Source: a virus
Taxonomy: Duplodnaviria > Caudoviricetes
DNA: 64,000 nucleotides
Strand: one strand, 5' to 3'
Virus record (IMG/VR): IMGVR_UViG_3300021440_000021
Span: 612 to 64,611 of that record
How positions within the stretch are numbered: position 1 is the stretch's first letter; each line of letters starts with the position of its first letter. The notes below the pieces were generated by a model, which was given only the letters and a program-made list of their open reading frames with translations, ran no database searches and was not told the origin of the DNA. Position numbers and translations under genes: made by a program. This document shows positions 10,486 to 20,375 of this stretch, one piece after another.

Positions 10486-11015
10486 TACCCTCTCCTTTTA
10501 ATTAATGGAGAAGGGGTGGGGGCTTCGGCTGCATCTTCTTGGGGAGTTTCTTGACCTTGATCAGCCATCTCTTGTTTAGCTTCCTGAATGTCAAGTTTCT
10601 TTTTGTCAACAGGTGTAGACAGAGATTTCTTAATCAAGAATTTGATACGCTCTTTATCTCTCTTGGCAGCTTTTTCTTCTGCTGTAGGACCATCATCTTC
10701 TCTAATATCAATGCCAAGAGCTTCTGCCAATGCTTTAATGTGTTCGTGTAGAACAGGGGAGATAAGCATTTTCACATCAACTGTGTGAAAGCCGTTCATG
10801 ACACCGGCAGAAGTGAGGCTGTCAACGAGAAGGGATAGTGGAAATCCGTGTGATAGTGTGAACATCATATCATCCACAACATCAGGATTGTCCATCTTCT
10901 TGAAGTAGAACGCCAGAGCCTCTTCAGGTGTGTTGTATAGCGGGGGTTGTTGCCAAGGATTTCCACCAACCTCTTGAGTGAGAGACATTCCCGGAATAGG
11001 TGCTCTTAGTGCCAT
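10485..11015 (-). CDS. conserved virion-associated protein
   Basis: APIPGMSLT...PWQQPP pattern; C-terminal PLIKRRG. Confidence 0.55.
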   Translation of the reverse strand: MALRAPIPGMSLTQEVGGNPWQQPPLYNTPEEALAFYFKKMDNPDVVDDMMFTLSHGFPLSLLVDSLTSAGVMNGFHTVDVKMLISPVLHEHIKALAEALGIDIREDDGPTAEEKAAKRDKERIKFLIKKSLSTPVDKKKLDIQEAKQEMADQGQETPQEDAAEAPTPSPLIKRRG

Positions 11016-11018
11016 TAA

Positions 11019-11789
11019 TTACCTCACAGACGATGAATACATGTTATAATTTCTTTGGAAGCTTCTGATATATTCAGGCCCTGTGGTATAACCATCAGAA
11101 GTCCCACCAGCCCTTGAAACAGGAACCCCACTAAACCAAACAGAAACAGCATCGTCTACCGTTCCATATTTAGCCGCAGCTTTTTTCATACGATCTAAGA
11201 AAATAGCATCTTGGATTTCAGGGGAGCTTAAAAACTCTTCTTCAGATACTTCTCGTCCTAAAGCAGCCTTACTCCACGAAGGAAGATTGCCCGGCATAAT
11301 TTGATATGCACCTAAAGCACTCTCACCTTTGTATTGACCACTTGTGACGACAGGGCCACGGGCAGAATAATCACCACCAGAGCTTTCAATATCTTTAATG
11401 GCCTGAGCAACATTCTCCCAATCCCCTTTGAAATTAACTGGTGTAATAGGTTTATCAGGAGCAAACGAAGAAGGTCTATCTCCTCGTCTAGCAATCAGCG
11501 GAGCAGCTTGTTCTTCTGTTGTAGTAGGTTTGCTCTCAGGGATAATAGGCTCAGAATAAACAGGCTCTGCATCTTTATATTTAGCTCTGATTTCTTGAGC
11601 AGCTTGTTTAATCTGTCTTACCCATTCCACTGTTCTTTTAGGAGCATCTGATTTGATCAAGGCAGAAGGAGCAGCCCTTTGAGGGATGAAACCATTACTT
11701 ACAGGTTTTTCTTTTTTAACAGGCTCTGTAAATAATTGCTCTCTAAGTTGGTCTAATGCGTCTTTATAGTCCATCTTAGTTCCTATCAT
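11019..11789 (-). CDS. virion-associated lysozyme-fold/transglycosylase protein
   Basis: IESSGGDY catalytic Glu motif and ALGAYQIMP. Confidence 0.75.
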   Translation of the reverse strand: MIGTKMDYKDALDQLREQLFTEPVKKEKPVSNGFIPQRAAPSALIKSDAPKRTVEWVRQIKQAAQEIRAKYKDAEPVYSEPIIPESKPTTTEEQAAPLIARRGDRPSSFAPDKPITPVNFKGDWENVAQAIKDIESSGGDYSARGPVVTSGQYKGESALGAYQIMPGNLPSWSKAALGREVSEEEFLSSPEIQDAIFLDRMKKAAAKYGTVDDAVSVWFSGVPVSRAGGTSDGYTTGPEYIRSFQRNYNMYSSSVR

Positions 11790-13324
11790 TGATCAAAAAT
11801 GCCGTCGAAAACTCGACCTGCAAAACCACTAACAGCCTGCCAAGCAGAGGCACTAGCACTATCTTTAGCCGCAATCTTTCCAACAACAAGTTCATGATTT
11901 CTCTGTTGAGCATTCTCACCTGCTTGGAAAGCAAACGTATAAGCGTCTTGCTCTCTAAGCATTAAGTTGTTATATGCTGCTGTAGTAAAACCTGTAGCTG
12001 CTTGAGCATTTTGTCTGTTAGCTTCATTAATAGCTTCATTATTAGCTGTAGTAATTGCTCGTCTCCATGTAGCATTAGACTGATCAATAAGCAATCTATT
12101 AGCAGCATTGAATTGAGCACGAGCATCATTCATTTGCCTGTTAAACTGTCTGGTGTCATTAATCTCACCAGCATTGAACTGTCTCATTGTATTTTTCTGA
12201 GCAGCATTAAACGTAGCAACTTGAGTTTTTAAATTAGCAAAGAACTGATCTGTCTGGTTTTTACTTGTAGCATTGAACTGCTTAGTGGCATTTTCAGCAG
12301 CAGCATCAGTGAACAACCCATTAATAATGGCTTGGCTCTTAAACAAATCATTTTGTTGATCTGCATCAAGATTTTTCAAATCCATTGTCAAGAATGATTG
12401 AGCATTCTGAAGACGGGCTTGTTGTCTATTGTCAAGATTTTTCATCTCAAATTGGGCAAACGTGCTGGCGTCTTGAGCAGCAATGTTAATTGCGCTCTCC
12501 ATTGCAGCCTGCGTTACAGCAGAGCCAGCCATAGACGAAGCACCAAGACCTCTGGCAGCCATAACAGCATCAGCCATACGCATAGCACCAGCAGCCCAAG
12601 CGGGTTTATTTCCCCCTTCAAACTGCTGCATCAGCTTGTTAAGTTGACCTTGCACTGTTGCATCATCAGAAGGTTGCCCTTGAGCAGCTTCAACTAAGCT
12701 GTGATCCTGCACTGTCCCATGTGTCACACTCATGCCTGAGACAGCATCTTGAATACCGGGGGTAACGTTTGCAGTCGTAACAGTATTGGCTGCTTTAGTA
12801 GTTGGAGCAGCCGCTGTAGCTGTAGTCCCTGTAGCAGCTACAATATTGGGACGATTTCCAACCTGACCACTATTCGGATTGATCAACTCATTCTGACTAA
12901 CATGTCCTTGTTGAACATTTACATTAGTGACATAGTCTGTGGGGTTGTCCAACATATTATTTGTTGTCTGCATCCCCGTAGAGTTCATGTTAGGTGCAGC
13001 GTAGTTAGTTACAACCTTACCTTCATCATTAGTAATCTGTGCACCAACTGCGGGAGCAGAAGCAGATTGTCTCAATTCTTCAGGGGTTAGACCACTTGTT
13101 GGTTTTATACCAGATTGAACATCTCCGCCTTCAGCAAAGCCTCGCTTCTCTTGCGAAGAAGCCACCATCATCTTTGCCTTATCTTCATAAGAAGCAAACT
13201 TCTGACTGTGAGCTGGGTCAGAACGAAGGAAGTTGGAAAACTGATCCATAGGACCATTAAATCCCATCTTCCTAGCTAAAATCTCAGTTTGCTGTTGGGT
13301 AAACCCACTAAACTGCTTTGTCAT
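11786..13324 (-). CDS. internal virion/pilot-like protein
   Basis: Q/N/A-rich repeated QFNA motifs; FAEGG motif. Confidence 0.55.
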   Translation of the reverse strand: MTKQFSGFTQQQTEILARKMGFNGPMDQFSNFLRSDPAHSQKFASYEDKAKMMVASSQEKRGFAEGGDVQSGIKPTSGLTPEELRQSASAPAVGAQITNDEGKVVTNYAAPNMNSTGMQTTNNMLDNPTDYVTNVNVQQGHVSQNELINPNSGQVGNRPNIVAATGTTATAAAPTTKAANTVTTANVTPGIQDAVSGMSVTHGTVQDHSLVEAAQGQPSDDATVQGQLNKLMQQFEGGNKPAWAAGAMRMADAVMAARGLGASSMAGSAVTQAAMESAINIAAQDASTFAQFEMKNLDNRQQARLQNAQSFLTMDLKNLDADQQNDLFKSQAIINGLFTDAAAENATKQFNATSKNQTDQFFANLKTQVATFNAAQKNTMRQFNAGEINDTRQFNRQMNDARAQFNAANRLLIDQSNATWRRAITTANNEAINEANRQNAQAATGFTTAAYNNLMLREQDAYTFAFQAGENAQQRNHELVVGKIAAKDSASASAWQAVSGFAGRVFDGIFDQ

Positions 13325-13326
13325 GT

Positions 13327-13542
13327 TTACCCCTTCTTACACACTTCTAGCATAGCGACATCTAATGAATTAAGCCATTCCAAGAACATTCTTGAGGCCC
13401 CTGTTGGATCAGGCATTTGTAATCTGTATTCTTGAAACACACTACAACTTGCCCCAATCATCACTCCTGCGGCGCAGGCGGTCAACAAGATCGCTATCAG
13501 AAAGCCCGTTAACATTTCTTTTTTCTTCATGAACAGCTTCAC
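13327..13542 (-). CDS. o-spanin (Rz1-like lipoprotein)
   Basis: hydrophobic stretch plus LLTAC lipobox; overlaps the 3' end of the i-spanin; true start may be 13515-13530. Confidence 0.7.
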   Translation of the reverse strand: MKLFMKKKEMLTGFLIAILLTACAAGVMIGASCSVFQEYRLQMPDPTGASRMFLEWLNSLDVAMLEVCKKG

Positions 13543-13711
13543 GAGCTTTCTCCACTTTTTTAACGTCCTTTCGTAGAGCCTCTGTAGAGGCCTCTACAGC
13601 GCCTTCTCGTTTTTTGGCCCTACCATACATAAAAAGAGCAATCAGCCCTGCTAGGGCCATCCCAAGCCCTCCTAGGAGGTTTTTAATTAGAGATGGTAGG
13701 AAGTCCCACAT
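13442..13711 (-). CDS. i-spanin (Rz-like)
   Basis: N-terminal TM helix followed by a charged coiled coil; lysis cassette. Confidence 0.7.
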   Translation of the reverse strand: MWDFLPSLIKNLLGGLGMALAGLIALFMYGRAKKREGAVEASTEALRKDVKKVEKAREAVHEEKRNVNGLSDSDLVDRLRRRSDDWGKL

Positions 13712-13920
13712 TATGCTCTGTTCCTAGTCATATAACCAGCCGCAACCATAATAGCACCTTCAAGCCAAAACTGAAGATCGCCCATATATTGTTCCATAGG
13801 GTTATCTGGCCAATAGATACTTAAAGTGGTTTTAACTACACCAATAATACCACCAGCAATGATAACAGCCCACAATTTTCTGGTAGGGGCCTTGGTAGGT
13901 TGATTTACGAGATTAGCCAT
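13711..13920 (-). CDS. putative holin
   Basis: 69 aa, two TM segments, between endolysin and spanins. Confidence 0.65.
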   Translation of the reverse strand: MANLVNQPTKAPTRKLWAVIIAGGIIGVVKTTLSIYWPDNPMEQYMGDLQFWLEGAIMVAAGYMTRNRA

Positions 13921-13954
13921 TTGAGGCCCTCCAAAAATTTATTTTTCTTTACCC

Positions 13955-13983
13955 CTTGACAAGAGGTAAAATTTGATTATATA
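13955..13983 (+). promoter_or_regulatory. sigma70-like promoter motif CTTGACAA-N15-TATATA, antisense to the lysis genes
   Basis: TTGACA 13956-61, 16-nt spacer, TATATA 13978-83; same motif at 46577-46605 (-) and 52977-53005 (+). Confidence 0.5.
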
Positions 13984-14032
13984 TACTTAGGGGTTAAAAA
14001 ATCTTTAGCCCCGGTTAATATAATAACCTATA

Positions 14033-14644
14033 TTATAATAATGCTTGTTCAAATGTCTTAGCATAGGATGCAATGGTCTGAGCTTTGTCTGTACCATTAA
14101 CAATCCTACGAGCAGACACATAATCTGTTTTAGTAGGTGTTAGGTAATCACTAAGTTTTTTACGAGTGAACCAACCTTCAGTCATACCAAGAACAATGAT
14201 CTTTGCAGCAGAAGCGGGGATTAAAGCTCTATCAGGGTAAGTGACAAAGTCTTCACCAAGCTTATCTTTAGCTTTCTTGTAATTGGCTTTACCTGTAATC
14301 TGGACAAACCCTCTACCACGATAGAGATAACCATCTCCATCTTTTGCAGGAGTGTTCCCAAGATTTAAAGCAAGCTGACCTGTATCGTATTTATCAAAAT
14401 ACTTTACACCACCATATTCTGTAATGGGTTGCATAGTAGCTGCTGTCTCGTGATAAGCTGTAGCTAAGATGTAAGCTCTATGATTAAGAGGGAGATGAGA
14501 CGTTGCATCAAGCAGTGTTCTCACTCCCTCTTTTTGTTTTTCAGACATGTGTGGGAAAAGAGGTGATAGTTTGGAAATGACTTTATCATAATCCATTTTA
14601 GCTGCCCTTTTAAACAAACTTAAAAGTATTTCTAAGAATGTCAT
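14033..14644 (-). CDS. endolysin, GH19 (chitinase/lysozyme-like)
   Basis: YILATAYHET, GDGYLYRGRGFVQITGKANY, ARRIVNG. Confidence 0.9.
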   Translation of the reverse strand: MTFLEILLSLFKRAAKMDYDKVISKLSPLFPHMSEKQKEGVRTLLDATSHLPLNHRAYILATAYHETAATMQPITEYGGVKYFDKYDTGQLALNLGNTPAKDGDGYLYRGRGFVQITGKANYKKAKDKLGEDFVTYPDRALIPASAAKIIVLGMTEGWFTRKKLSDYLTPTKTDYVSARRIVNGTDKAQTIASYAKTFEQALL

Positions 14645-15057
14645 TTCTTTAACCATTTCTTAAGAACATAAGAAAGCCAAGTGATCTTTTTCTCTTTGTC
14701 GTAGTAAGGCTCTTTAGACCATTTACGATGATTGCAATCAATCCACCCTTTTCCCTTAACCCACAACATCATGTGTGTATGTTCAGGCCCCGGAGCTGTG
14801 TGGGTAAGCCACAATTCTGCATCACCATTCTTAATCATATTGCTCATCTCTTTTTCAGAGCCAGCAATAATCCACAGAACTGTCAGAACATAATCTTCAC
14901 AATCACCTTTAAGGGGGCCTTCAGAAGATTTTAAAATTGTCCATTTATCTGTATTTTCTCGTAAATACACATATCGTTTGTTAAAATCAGACAGCGTTAG
15001 CTTCAAGTGTTTTGACCTTTTCAGAGAGTTCTTGTACAGCTTTAACCAACATACCAA
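14641..15057 (-). CDS. transglutaminase-like cysteine proteinase (BTLCP-like)
   Basis: GDCEDY motif, His (THMML) and WID; true start probably near 14990-15010. Confidence 0.65.
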   Translation of the reverse strand: MVCWLKLYKNSLKRSKHLKLTLSDFNKRYVYLRENTDKWTILKSSEGPLKGDCEDYVLTVLWIIAGSEKEMSNMIKNGDAELWLTHTAPGPEHTHMMLWVKGKGWIDCNHRKWSKEPYYDKEKKITWLSYVLKKWLKK

Positions 15058-16777
15058 TCAGACCTAATGTATCAACCCCAAGTGTGCCATCTTCAAAAGT
15101 GATGAGAGCTTCAGGTGCCACATCTCTAATATTTTGAGCAATCACACCAAATCTAGCCCCTTTAGGACGAAGACCTTCAGGGTTTTTCCACTCGTAATTA
15201 ACAGGATTGATATTTTTAATCAACCCTAATACATCACCCATCGGTGTAATATTGTTTTTAAGTGTTTGGTCCGAAATAGGTGCAAATCTAGCATCACCTT
15301 TTTCACGAGTGATTACAGTGGTTATGCTAGAAGAAGTAGTACCACCAGCATTAATTTGAGCAACTGTTCCACCATCAAGCTGCATGAAAATTGCAGAGCT
15401 TGCTTGAGTGTTACCAGCATCAGCCGCGATAACAATATCAGCAGCTTGTGTCATATATTGGAAATTTGATCCACCCCTATGACCTATTGAAGCTGATAAA
15501 GAGCCACTGCTATTGAAGTTGATAGCATGGTTATTAACACCTCCAACAGAAGCATCTGTATCATTCAGCGTAATTGTTGGTGAAGTGTTTGCCAGAGTGT
15601 AGCTGGAATCTTGAATGTAATATCTAGCATCACCTTTTTCACGAGTAATGACGGATGTAGCGTTAGGAGAAGATGTTCCGGCAGGTTCTACACGACCAGC
15701 AGTTGCTCCATCAATTTGAAGGGTAATTACAGAGCTTGCTGCGGCATTTGCAGCATCAGCAGCAATAGTGACATTACCTTGCGCTGCATACAAGTTTAAT
15801 ACAGAACCCCCACTAAATCCAACCAATCCTTGTTGAAAACCAGAAGCATTAAAGTCCACCCTAGCTACAGAAGACAAACCGACAGAAGCATCACTATCGT
15901 TAATGGTGAAAACAGGGGCTGTATTTTCTAAAGAGTAGTTAGTAGTAAATAAGTTTGTAGCCCCAAGTCTGGCGTATCTTGCATCACCTTTTTCTTGTGT
16001 AACAACCGATGTTGTGTTGGGGAGAGACGTTCCAGCAGGTTCAATTCTTCCGGCCAGTGTTCCATCCACCTTAAACTGAACCCCAGAAGATGCAGTAAGG
16101 TTGTTAGCATCAGAAGAGATGATAACATCACTTTTATTTGCCACAACAGACATATCTATTGCGCTGTTAAATCCTACAAGGCCATTCTGAGCACCAGTCG
16201 CATTAAACTCCACTCTAGAGCTAGAAGACCCACCAACTGAGGCATCCGTATCATCAATAAGTAAAGACGGAACTGCATTAGAGATAGTCTGGTTAGCTGT
16301 AAAAGTATTAGATGTGGCAAGCTTTGGATAGTTTGTAGCTGTTTCAAGAGCCATTGTCCCAAGACCAAGATTGGTTCTGGCAGCAGATGCTGTAGAAGCA
16401 CCAGTGCCACCATCCGCAACAGCAAGATCAGTGATACCCGTGATTGTCCCACCAGTGATTGTCGCAGCACTTGTTGTCAGAGCAGCAACTGTAGCTGTGC
16501 CATCTAGCCACAAGCCTTTCCAACTAAGCAGAGCAGAACCTAAATCGTAGGTATTATCTGCTTTGGGGAACATGCCAGAGCCACTGATTGTAACTTCTTG
16601 AGCAGGGCCAAGTTTAGTAATCGGAGGACCACTAGCTGCTGTGCCATCATGAGCATGGCCTGTAGACGAATGGAAAGCCGCTACAATTGCATCAAACTCA
16701 GAGTCTAATACACCAGCATCAGCTACGTTACCATTAGCAATATTATTTCCTACGTCTTGTCTGGTGTATCCAGTCAT
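14987..16777 (-). CDS. tail fibre with internal repeats and C-terminal intramolecular chaperone (peptidase S74-like)
   Basis: N-terminal adaptor with GHAHDGT; three repeats ending T(Q/R)EKGDAR(Y/F); SDQTLKNNI...GVIAQ...LVKAVQEL. Confidence 0.85.
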   Translation of the reverse strand: MTGYTRQDVGNNIANGNVADAGVLDSEFDAIVAAFHSSTGHAHDGTAASGPPITKLGPAQEVTISGSGMFPKADNTYDLGSALLSWKGLWLDGTATVAALTTSAATITGGTITGITDLAVADGGTGASTASAARTNLGLGTMALETATNYPKLATSNTFTANQTISNAVPSLLIDDTDASVGGSSSSRVEFNATGAQNGLVGFNSAIDMSVVANKSDVIISSDANNLTASSGVQFKVDGTLAGRIEPAGTSLPNTTSVVTQEKGDARYARLGATNLFTTNYSLENTAPVFTINDSDASVGLSSVARVDFNASGFQQGLVGFSGGSVLNLYAAQGNVTIAADAANAAASSVITLQIDGATAGRVEPAGTSSPNATSVITREKGDARYYIQDSSYTLANTSPTITLNDTDASVGGVNNHAINFNSSGSLSASIGHRGGSNFQYMTQAADIVIAADAGNTQASSAIFMQLDGGTVAQINAGGTTSSSITTVITREKGDARFAPISDQTLKNNITPMGDVLGLIKNINPVNYEWKNPEGLRPKGARFGVIAQNIRDVAPEALITFEDGTLGVDTLGLIGMLVKAVQELSEKVKTLEANAV

Positions 16778-16778
16778 T

Positions 16779-18338
16779 TTATCTCCTGTCGTTTTCTCTA
16801 TATTCTAAAACAACTGTATCAAGACTAAAAGAAGGATTTAGACTATTATCTTCTATACTAAAAGATACAGTTTTACCAGCACCGATTACATGGGATTCAT
16901 AAATATTATCCAATTGATCCCCATAAGTAAATGTCCCCCACAATGTAGTTGGACTTCCCCAAGTAAATATCCCACTAGAAGCATTGCTAATTACAATCTG
17001 CGGAGGACTAATTGGGTTATAGTTGTCAATTTTGTAGTCATCATAATAAAAATTAATGTTGGCTGAAAAATCCCCAGATGTTTTTGTATACAAAGTCATC
17101 TTATATACAGTTTTTCTTTTCGTCGGATCAGTGATTGGCATGAAGGGGCTTTTATAAACAGCCTGAATAACTGCCCCATCTCTTGAGGAACCATTCTCTG
17201 CTTTATAAATATAGCCATCATCATTAGCAAAGACTACAATCTCTCTGCCACTAGCATATCTACCATCTGCACAATAGGCTTTATATCCAACCATTGTAGC
17301 CCATTGCATATCAGAACTATCTTGGTTAGAAAACTTAGTAGCTAAAAGCCCTTTTGATAAATCTGCTGTATTTGTGCTTACATATGAGAAGACACGATAT
17401 TGAGCTTTCTCTCGTAGAACCAAGCTGCAAAATTCTGTAGCAGATGCAATAAAGGTTTTCATATCTTTTGCAATAGGTGCAGAAGCAAGTTCTAAACCAA
17501 AATCATCAATACGTTGAGAGGCGCTTAAATACCTGATACCATCAGGCCCCATGAAAACAATATCACCGCCAACTTCTTGAATAGTGTCTGTGAAGGGGCA
17601 ACCTAAGTCACTTGTAATAGTGCCAAGATTAAAGTCAGAAGAAGTGTTGCCAGTAATGACCTTAATTGAGTTCTCTGTAAAGATGATTAACTGATCACGA
17701 AAAACAATAAGTCCTGTAACGATGGAAGCAACATTGATGATACCGCCACCAGAAGCCGCAGACCAATCAAGTTCATTATACAATGAACTAAAAATCACCT
17801 TATTTTGGTTGGCGACAAAGATTGTACCATTCAAAACTGCTACGTGAGAAGCCCCAATCAAATCCGCAGGGAGAGCTAGTGTAGGAACACCAGGGACAAT
17901 CCATGAAAGGGTGTTAGTGGAATCATTAAATACAGCAGGACTATTGACACCATCAACAAACATAATCTTAGGTGTGCCATTGAAATTAAAATGAGCAGCC
18001 CTAGTTTTTGTTCCTAAAAGAGCCGCTGCCCCCAATGAAGACCAAGCAGCGCCAGAATTGATATAATATTCGGACTTATTTGAGCCGTTTTTTCGTACAC
18101 AAACCACTTCATCCGCATTTGCTACATTAACCCCTAAGATAGCTCCACTTCCCGGAACTGAGCCAGCAATGTATTTTGTATAACCAAGAATTTTTTTATA
18201 CCCACCATCTTTGGCAGGTTCAAAGTTCTGAAGCATTGTGGCAGAGCCAACAGCATTCATCCCATGTTGCAAAGGACTTAAGTTGGAAATAAGCCCGCCT
18301 CTAAACTCCACTGGGAAAATTTGTAATTGATCGGGCAT
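16779..18338 (-). CDS. tail nozzle/stabilisation protein (beta-propeller)
   Basis: position after adaptor; beta-rich; GGLISN, DLGC, IQEVGGDIVF motifs. Confidence 0.7.
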   Translation of the reverse strand: MPDQLQIFPVEFRGGLISNLSPLQHGMNAVGSATMLQNFEPAKDGGYKKILGYTKYIAGSVPGSGAILGVNVANADEVVCVRKNGSNKSEYYINSGAAWSSLGAAALLGTKTRAAHFNFNGTPKIMFVDGVNSPAVFNDSTNTLSWIVPGVPTLALPADLIGASHVAVLNGTIFVANQNKVIFSSLYNELDWSAASGGGIINVASIVTGLIVFRDQLIIFTENSIKVITGNTSSDFNLGTITSDLGCPFTDTIQEVGGDIVFMGPDGIRYLSASQRIDDFGLELASAPIAKDMKTFIASATEFCSLVLREKAQYRVFSYVSTNTADLSKGLLATKFSNQDSSDMQWATMVGYKAYCADGRYASGREIVVFANDDGYIYKAENGSSRDGAVIQAVYKSPFMPITDPTKRKTVYKMTLYTKTSGDFSANINFYYDDYKIDNYNPISPPQIVISNASSGIFTWGSPTTLWGTFTYGDQLDNIYESHVIGAGKTVSFSIEDNSLNPSFSLDTVVLEYRENDRR

Positions 18339-18347
18339 ATTTATCTC

Positions 18348-19040
18348 TTATCTTTGGATAACGTGTGAACGTGCCTGTTCATAACGATTAATGAAAATGG
18401 TTCTCATATTTTTGATGCCATCTTCATATTTCTTTAACGAGAGGGCAGCAGAGTCCAAATCACCCCTAAACATATAAGCGTGATAAAGAGCACCATTTCT
18501 AATGACATGCCTGAAAGCATCTGGAACAGTGGGAATGTCTGTAGCAGCATCTAAATCAACAGGTAAACGATAATACTCGTAAGCAATATTATAAGCCTTA
18601 TCTGGTGCAGGGACAATTCCAAATTGCATATTAGGTGTTCTAAAAACTGTATCAGGCACACCTTTATACCCATTTGTTACATTGTATTCCTGATCCAGAT
18701 AAGTAGAAAGATACTCTTCGTAACTGATGATTTTGAGCTTTGCTGTATTGCTACCAAGAGTTTCATCATACTTCACCCGAAAGCTGTCTAAATCAACTGT
18801 CTTCACATCATTAGGAAGTGAATATCTGGTTTGATCTACGACTAAAACTTCTTCTTGAAGAACGTGATTGAAAGGCCATTCAAACTGTTCATAGTTAATT
18901 CCTCTAATGGATTCATTAACAGCATCTTTCACTGTTGAATAAAACCCAATAGCTGTAGCAAATGTCGATTCAGTTAGTTCCACTTCATTCAATGTTCTAT
19001 TAACATCGTTGACTAAGCCAAGAAAATTATATGTTGACAT
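18348..19040 (-). CDS. head-tail adaptor (tail tubular protein A-like)
   Basis: FLGLVNDV...WPF...PAPDKAY...IPTVPDAFRHVI pattern. Confidence 0.75.
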   Translation of the reverse strand: MSTYNFLGLVNDVNRTLNEVELTESTFATAIGFYSTVKDAVNESIRGINYEQFEWPFNHVLQEEVLVVDQTRYSLPNDVKTVDLDSFRVKYDETLGSNTAKLKIISYEEYLSTYLDQEYNVTNGYKGVPDTVFRTPNMQFGIVPAPDKAYNIAYEYYRLPVDLDAATDIPTVPDAFRHVIRNGALYHAYMFRGDLDSAALSLKKYEDGIKNMRTIFINRYEQARSHVIQR

Positions 19041-19360
19041 TAGATTTCCTTCGCACTTAATCTGACACTACGTTCTACAATATTACCATTTGAAAAAGTT
19101 GCTTGGCAAGAGATTTTATAATCTACATTCTGTGTTCCAGCCGAAAGGACAATTGTTGTCTTTGTTGCTGTAGCTGTAGTTGTAGTCACTGTCAATCCAT
19201 TCACTGTAGAAGCTGCTGTAACAGCAGTTTTGACACCATCAGCGTCATCAATAAACCACGAAGCTGCCGTCACCGTACCACCAGATGGCAGAAGTCTAGA
19301 CCAATCAATCGTATAGTCTAATGTTTCATTTGGGTCTTTATTAGGCCATCTATAGCTCAT
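19040..19360 (-). CDS. virion structural protein
   Basis: KDPNETLDYTIDW motif typical of phage fibre-adaptor proteins. Confidence 0.6.
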   Translation of the reverse strand: MSYRWPNKDPNETLDYTIDWSRLLPSGGTVTAASWFIDDADGVKTAVTAASTVNGLTVTTTTATATKTTIVLSAGTQNVDYKISCQATFSNGNIVERSVRLSAKEI

Positions 19361-20364
19361 GATACCTTCATCTCTCTATTCTGGGCTTCTGGTGTAAAAA
19401 CTCTGTTGATATTTGTAGCTTCTAACAAAACTGTCCTGTTTTGATTTTCCACCAGATATGTTCTATTATTTCTATCTTCCCAAAGGATGATTGTCCGTAA
19501 TTTACTAAAGGCAGAGGTATCCCAAAAATAAGATGAGACACCAAGGGCTGTAGATGTTCCGTAGGCTTGTCCAATATTTTCTAGAGGAGAAACCCCTAAA
19601 ACTGTTGAACTGCCAGAAGCAGAGCCAACAGCATATACCAGAGATTTACCAACACCACTTACCAGAGATGTTCCAGAAGAACTCCCCACAGCATAGACTA
19701 GAGAAATCCCCACACCATTTGCTGTTCCAACCCCAGAAGAGGCACCAACAGCAGATGCTGTAGATGCACCAACAGCAGATGCTGTAGATGTTCCAGAAGC
19801 AGAGCCAACAGAACCACCACCCCCTGTAGAACCAACACCAGAGACAGTGGATGTGCCAGTAGCATTACCTACACCAGAGGCTGTTGAGAATCCAACACCA
19901 GTAGCTACACCAGAACCACTTGCAGAGGCCACAGAAGAGGCCGTAGAGGCCCCTGTACCATTTGCACTACCTACACCAGTCGAAGAAGCTGTTGCGTTTG
20001 CTAGGGCCTTCCCAACGCCTGTAGCAGCCCCTGCCCCAGAAGAGCTTCCTGTGGAAGAGGCTGTAGAGAAACCTACACCTGTCGCAACACCAGAACCAGA
20101 AGAGCTTCCAACACCAGCAACAGCAGCAAGGCCCACAGCAGAAGCTGAACCAGAACCACTAGCAGAGCCAACAGCCGAAACTGTTGAAAAGCCTACACCA
20201 GAAGCATTACCAACACCTGATGCAGAAGCTGTAGACGAAGCTGTAGAACTACCAACACCTGTTGCTGTTCCTACACCAGAAGCAGAGGCTACACCAGAAG
20301 CAGAAGCGGTGACAACAGCATCATCAGCAATAGGAGCAGAGGCAAGTGGGGAAAAACCTAACAT
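19357..20364 (-). CDS. Gly/Ser/Ala repeat fibre-like protein
   Basis: MLGFSPLASAPIADD N-terminus; ~20-aa periodic ASG-G-A-GVG repeats. Confidence 0.65.
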   Translation of the reverse strand: MLGFSPLASAPIADDAVVTASASGVASASGVGTATGVGSSTASSTASASGVGNASGVGFSTVSAVGSASGSGSASAVGLAAVAGVGSSSGSGVATGVGFSTASSTGSSSGAGAATGVGKALANATASSTGVGSANGTGASTASSVASASGSGVATGVGFSTASGVGNATGTSTVSGVGSTGGGGSVGSASGTSTASAVGASTASAVGASSGVGTANGVGISLVYAVGSSSGTSLVSGVGKSLVYAVGSASGSSTVLGVSPLENIGQAYGTSTALGVSSYFWDTSAFSKLRTIILWEDRNNRTYLVENQNRTVLLEATNINRVFTPEAQNREMKVS

Positions 20365-20375
20365 GTAAAACCTCT

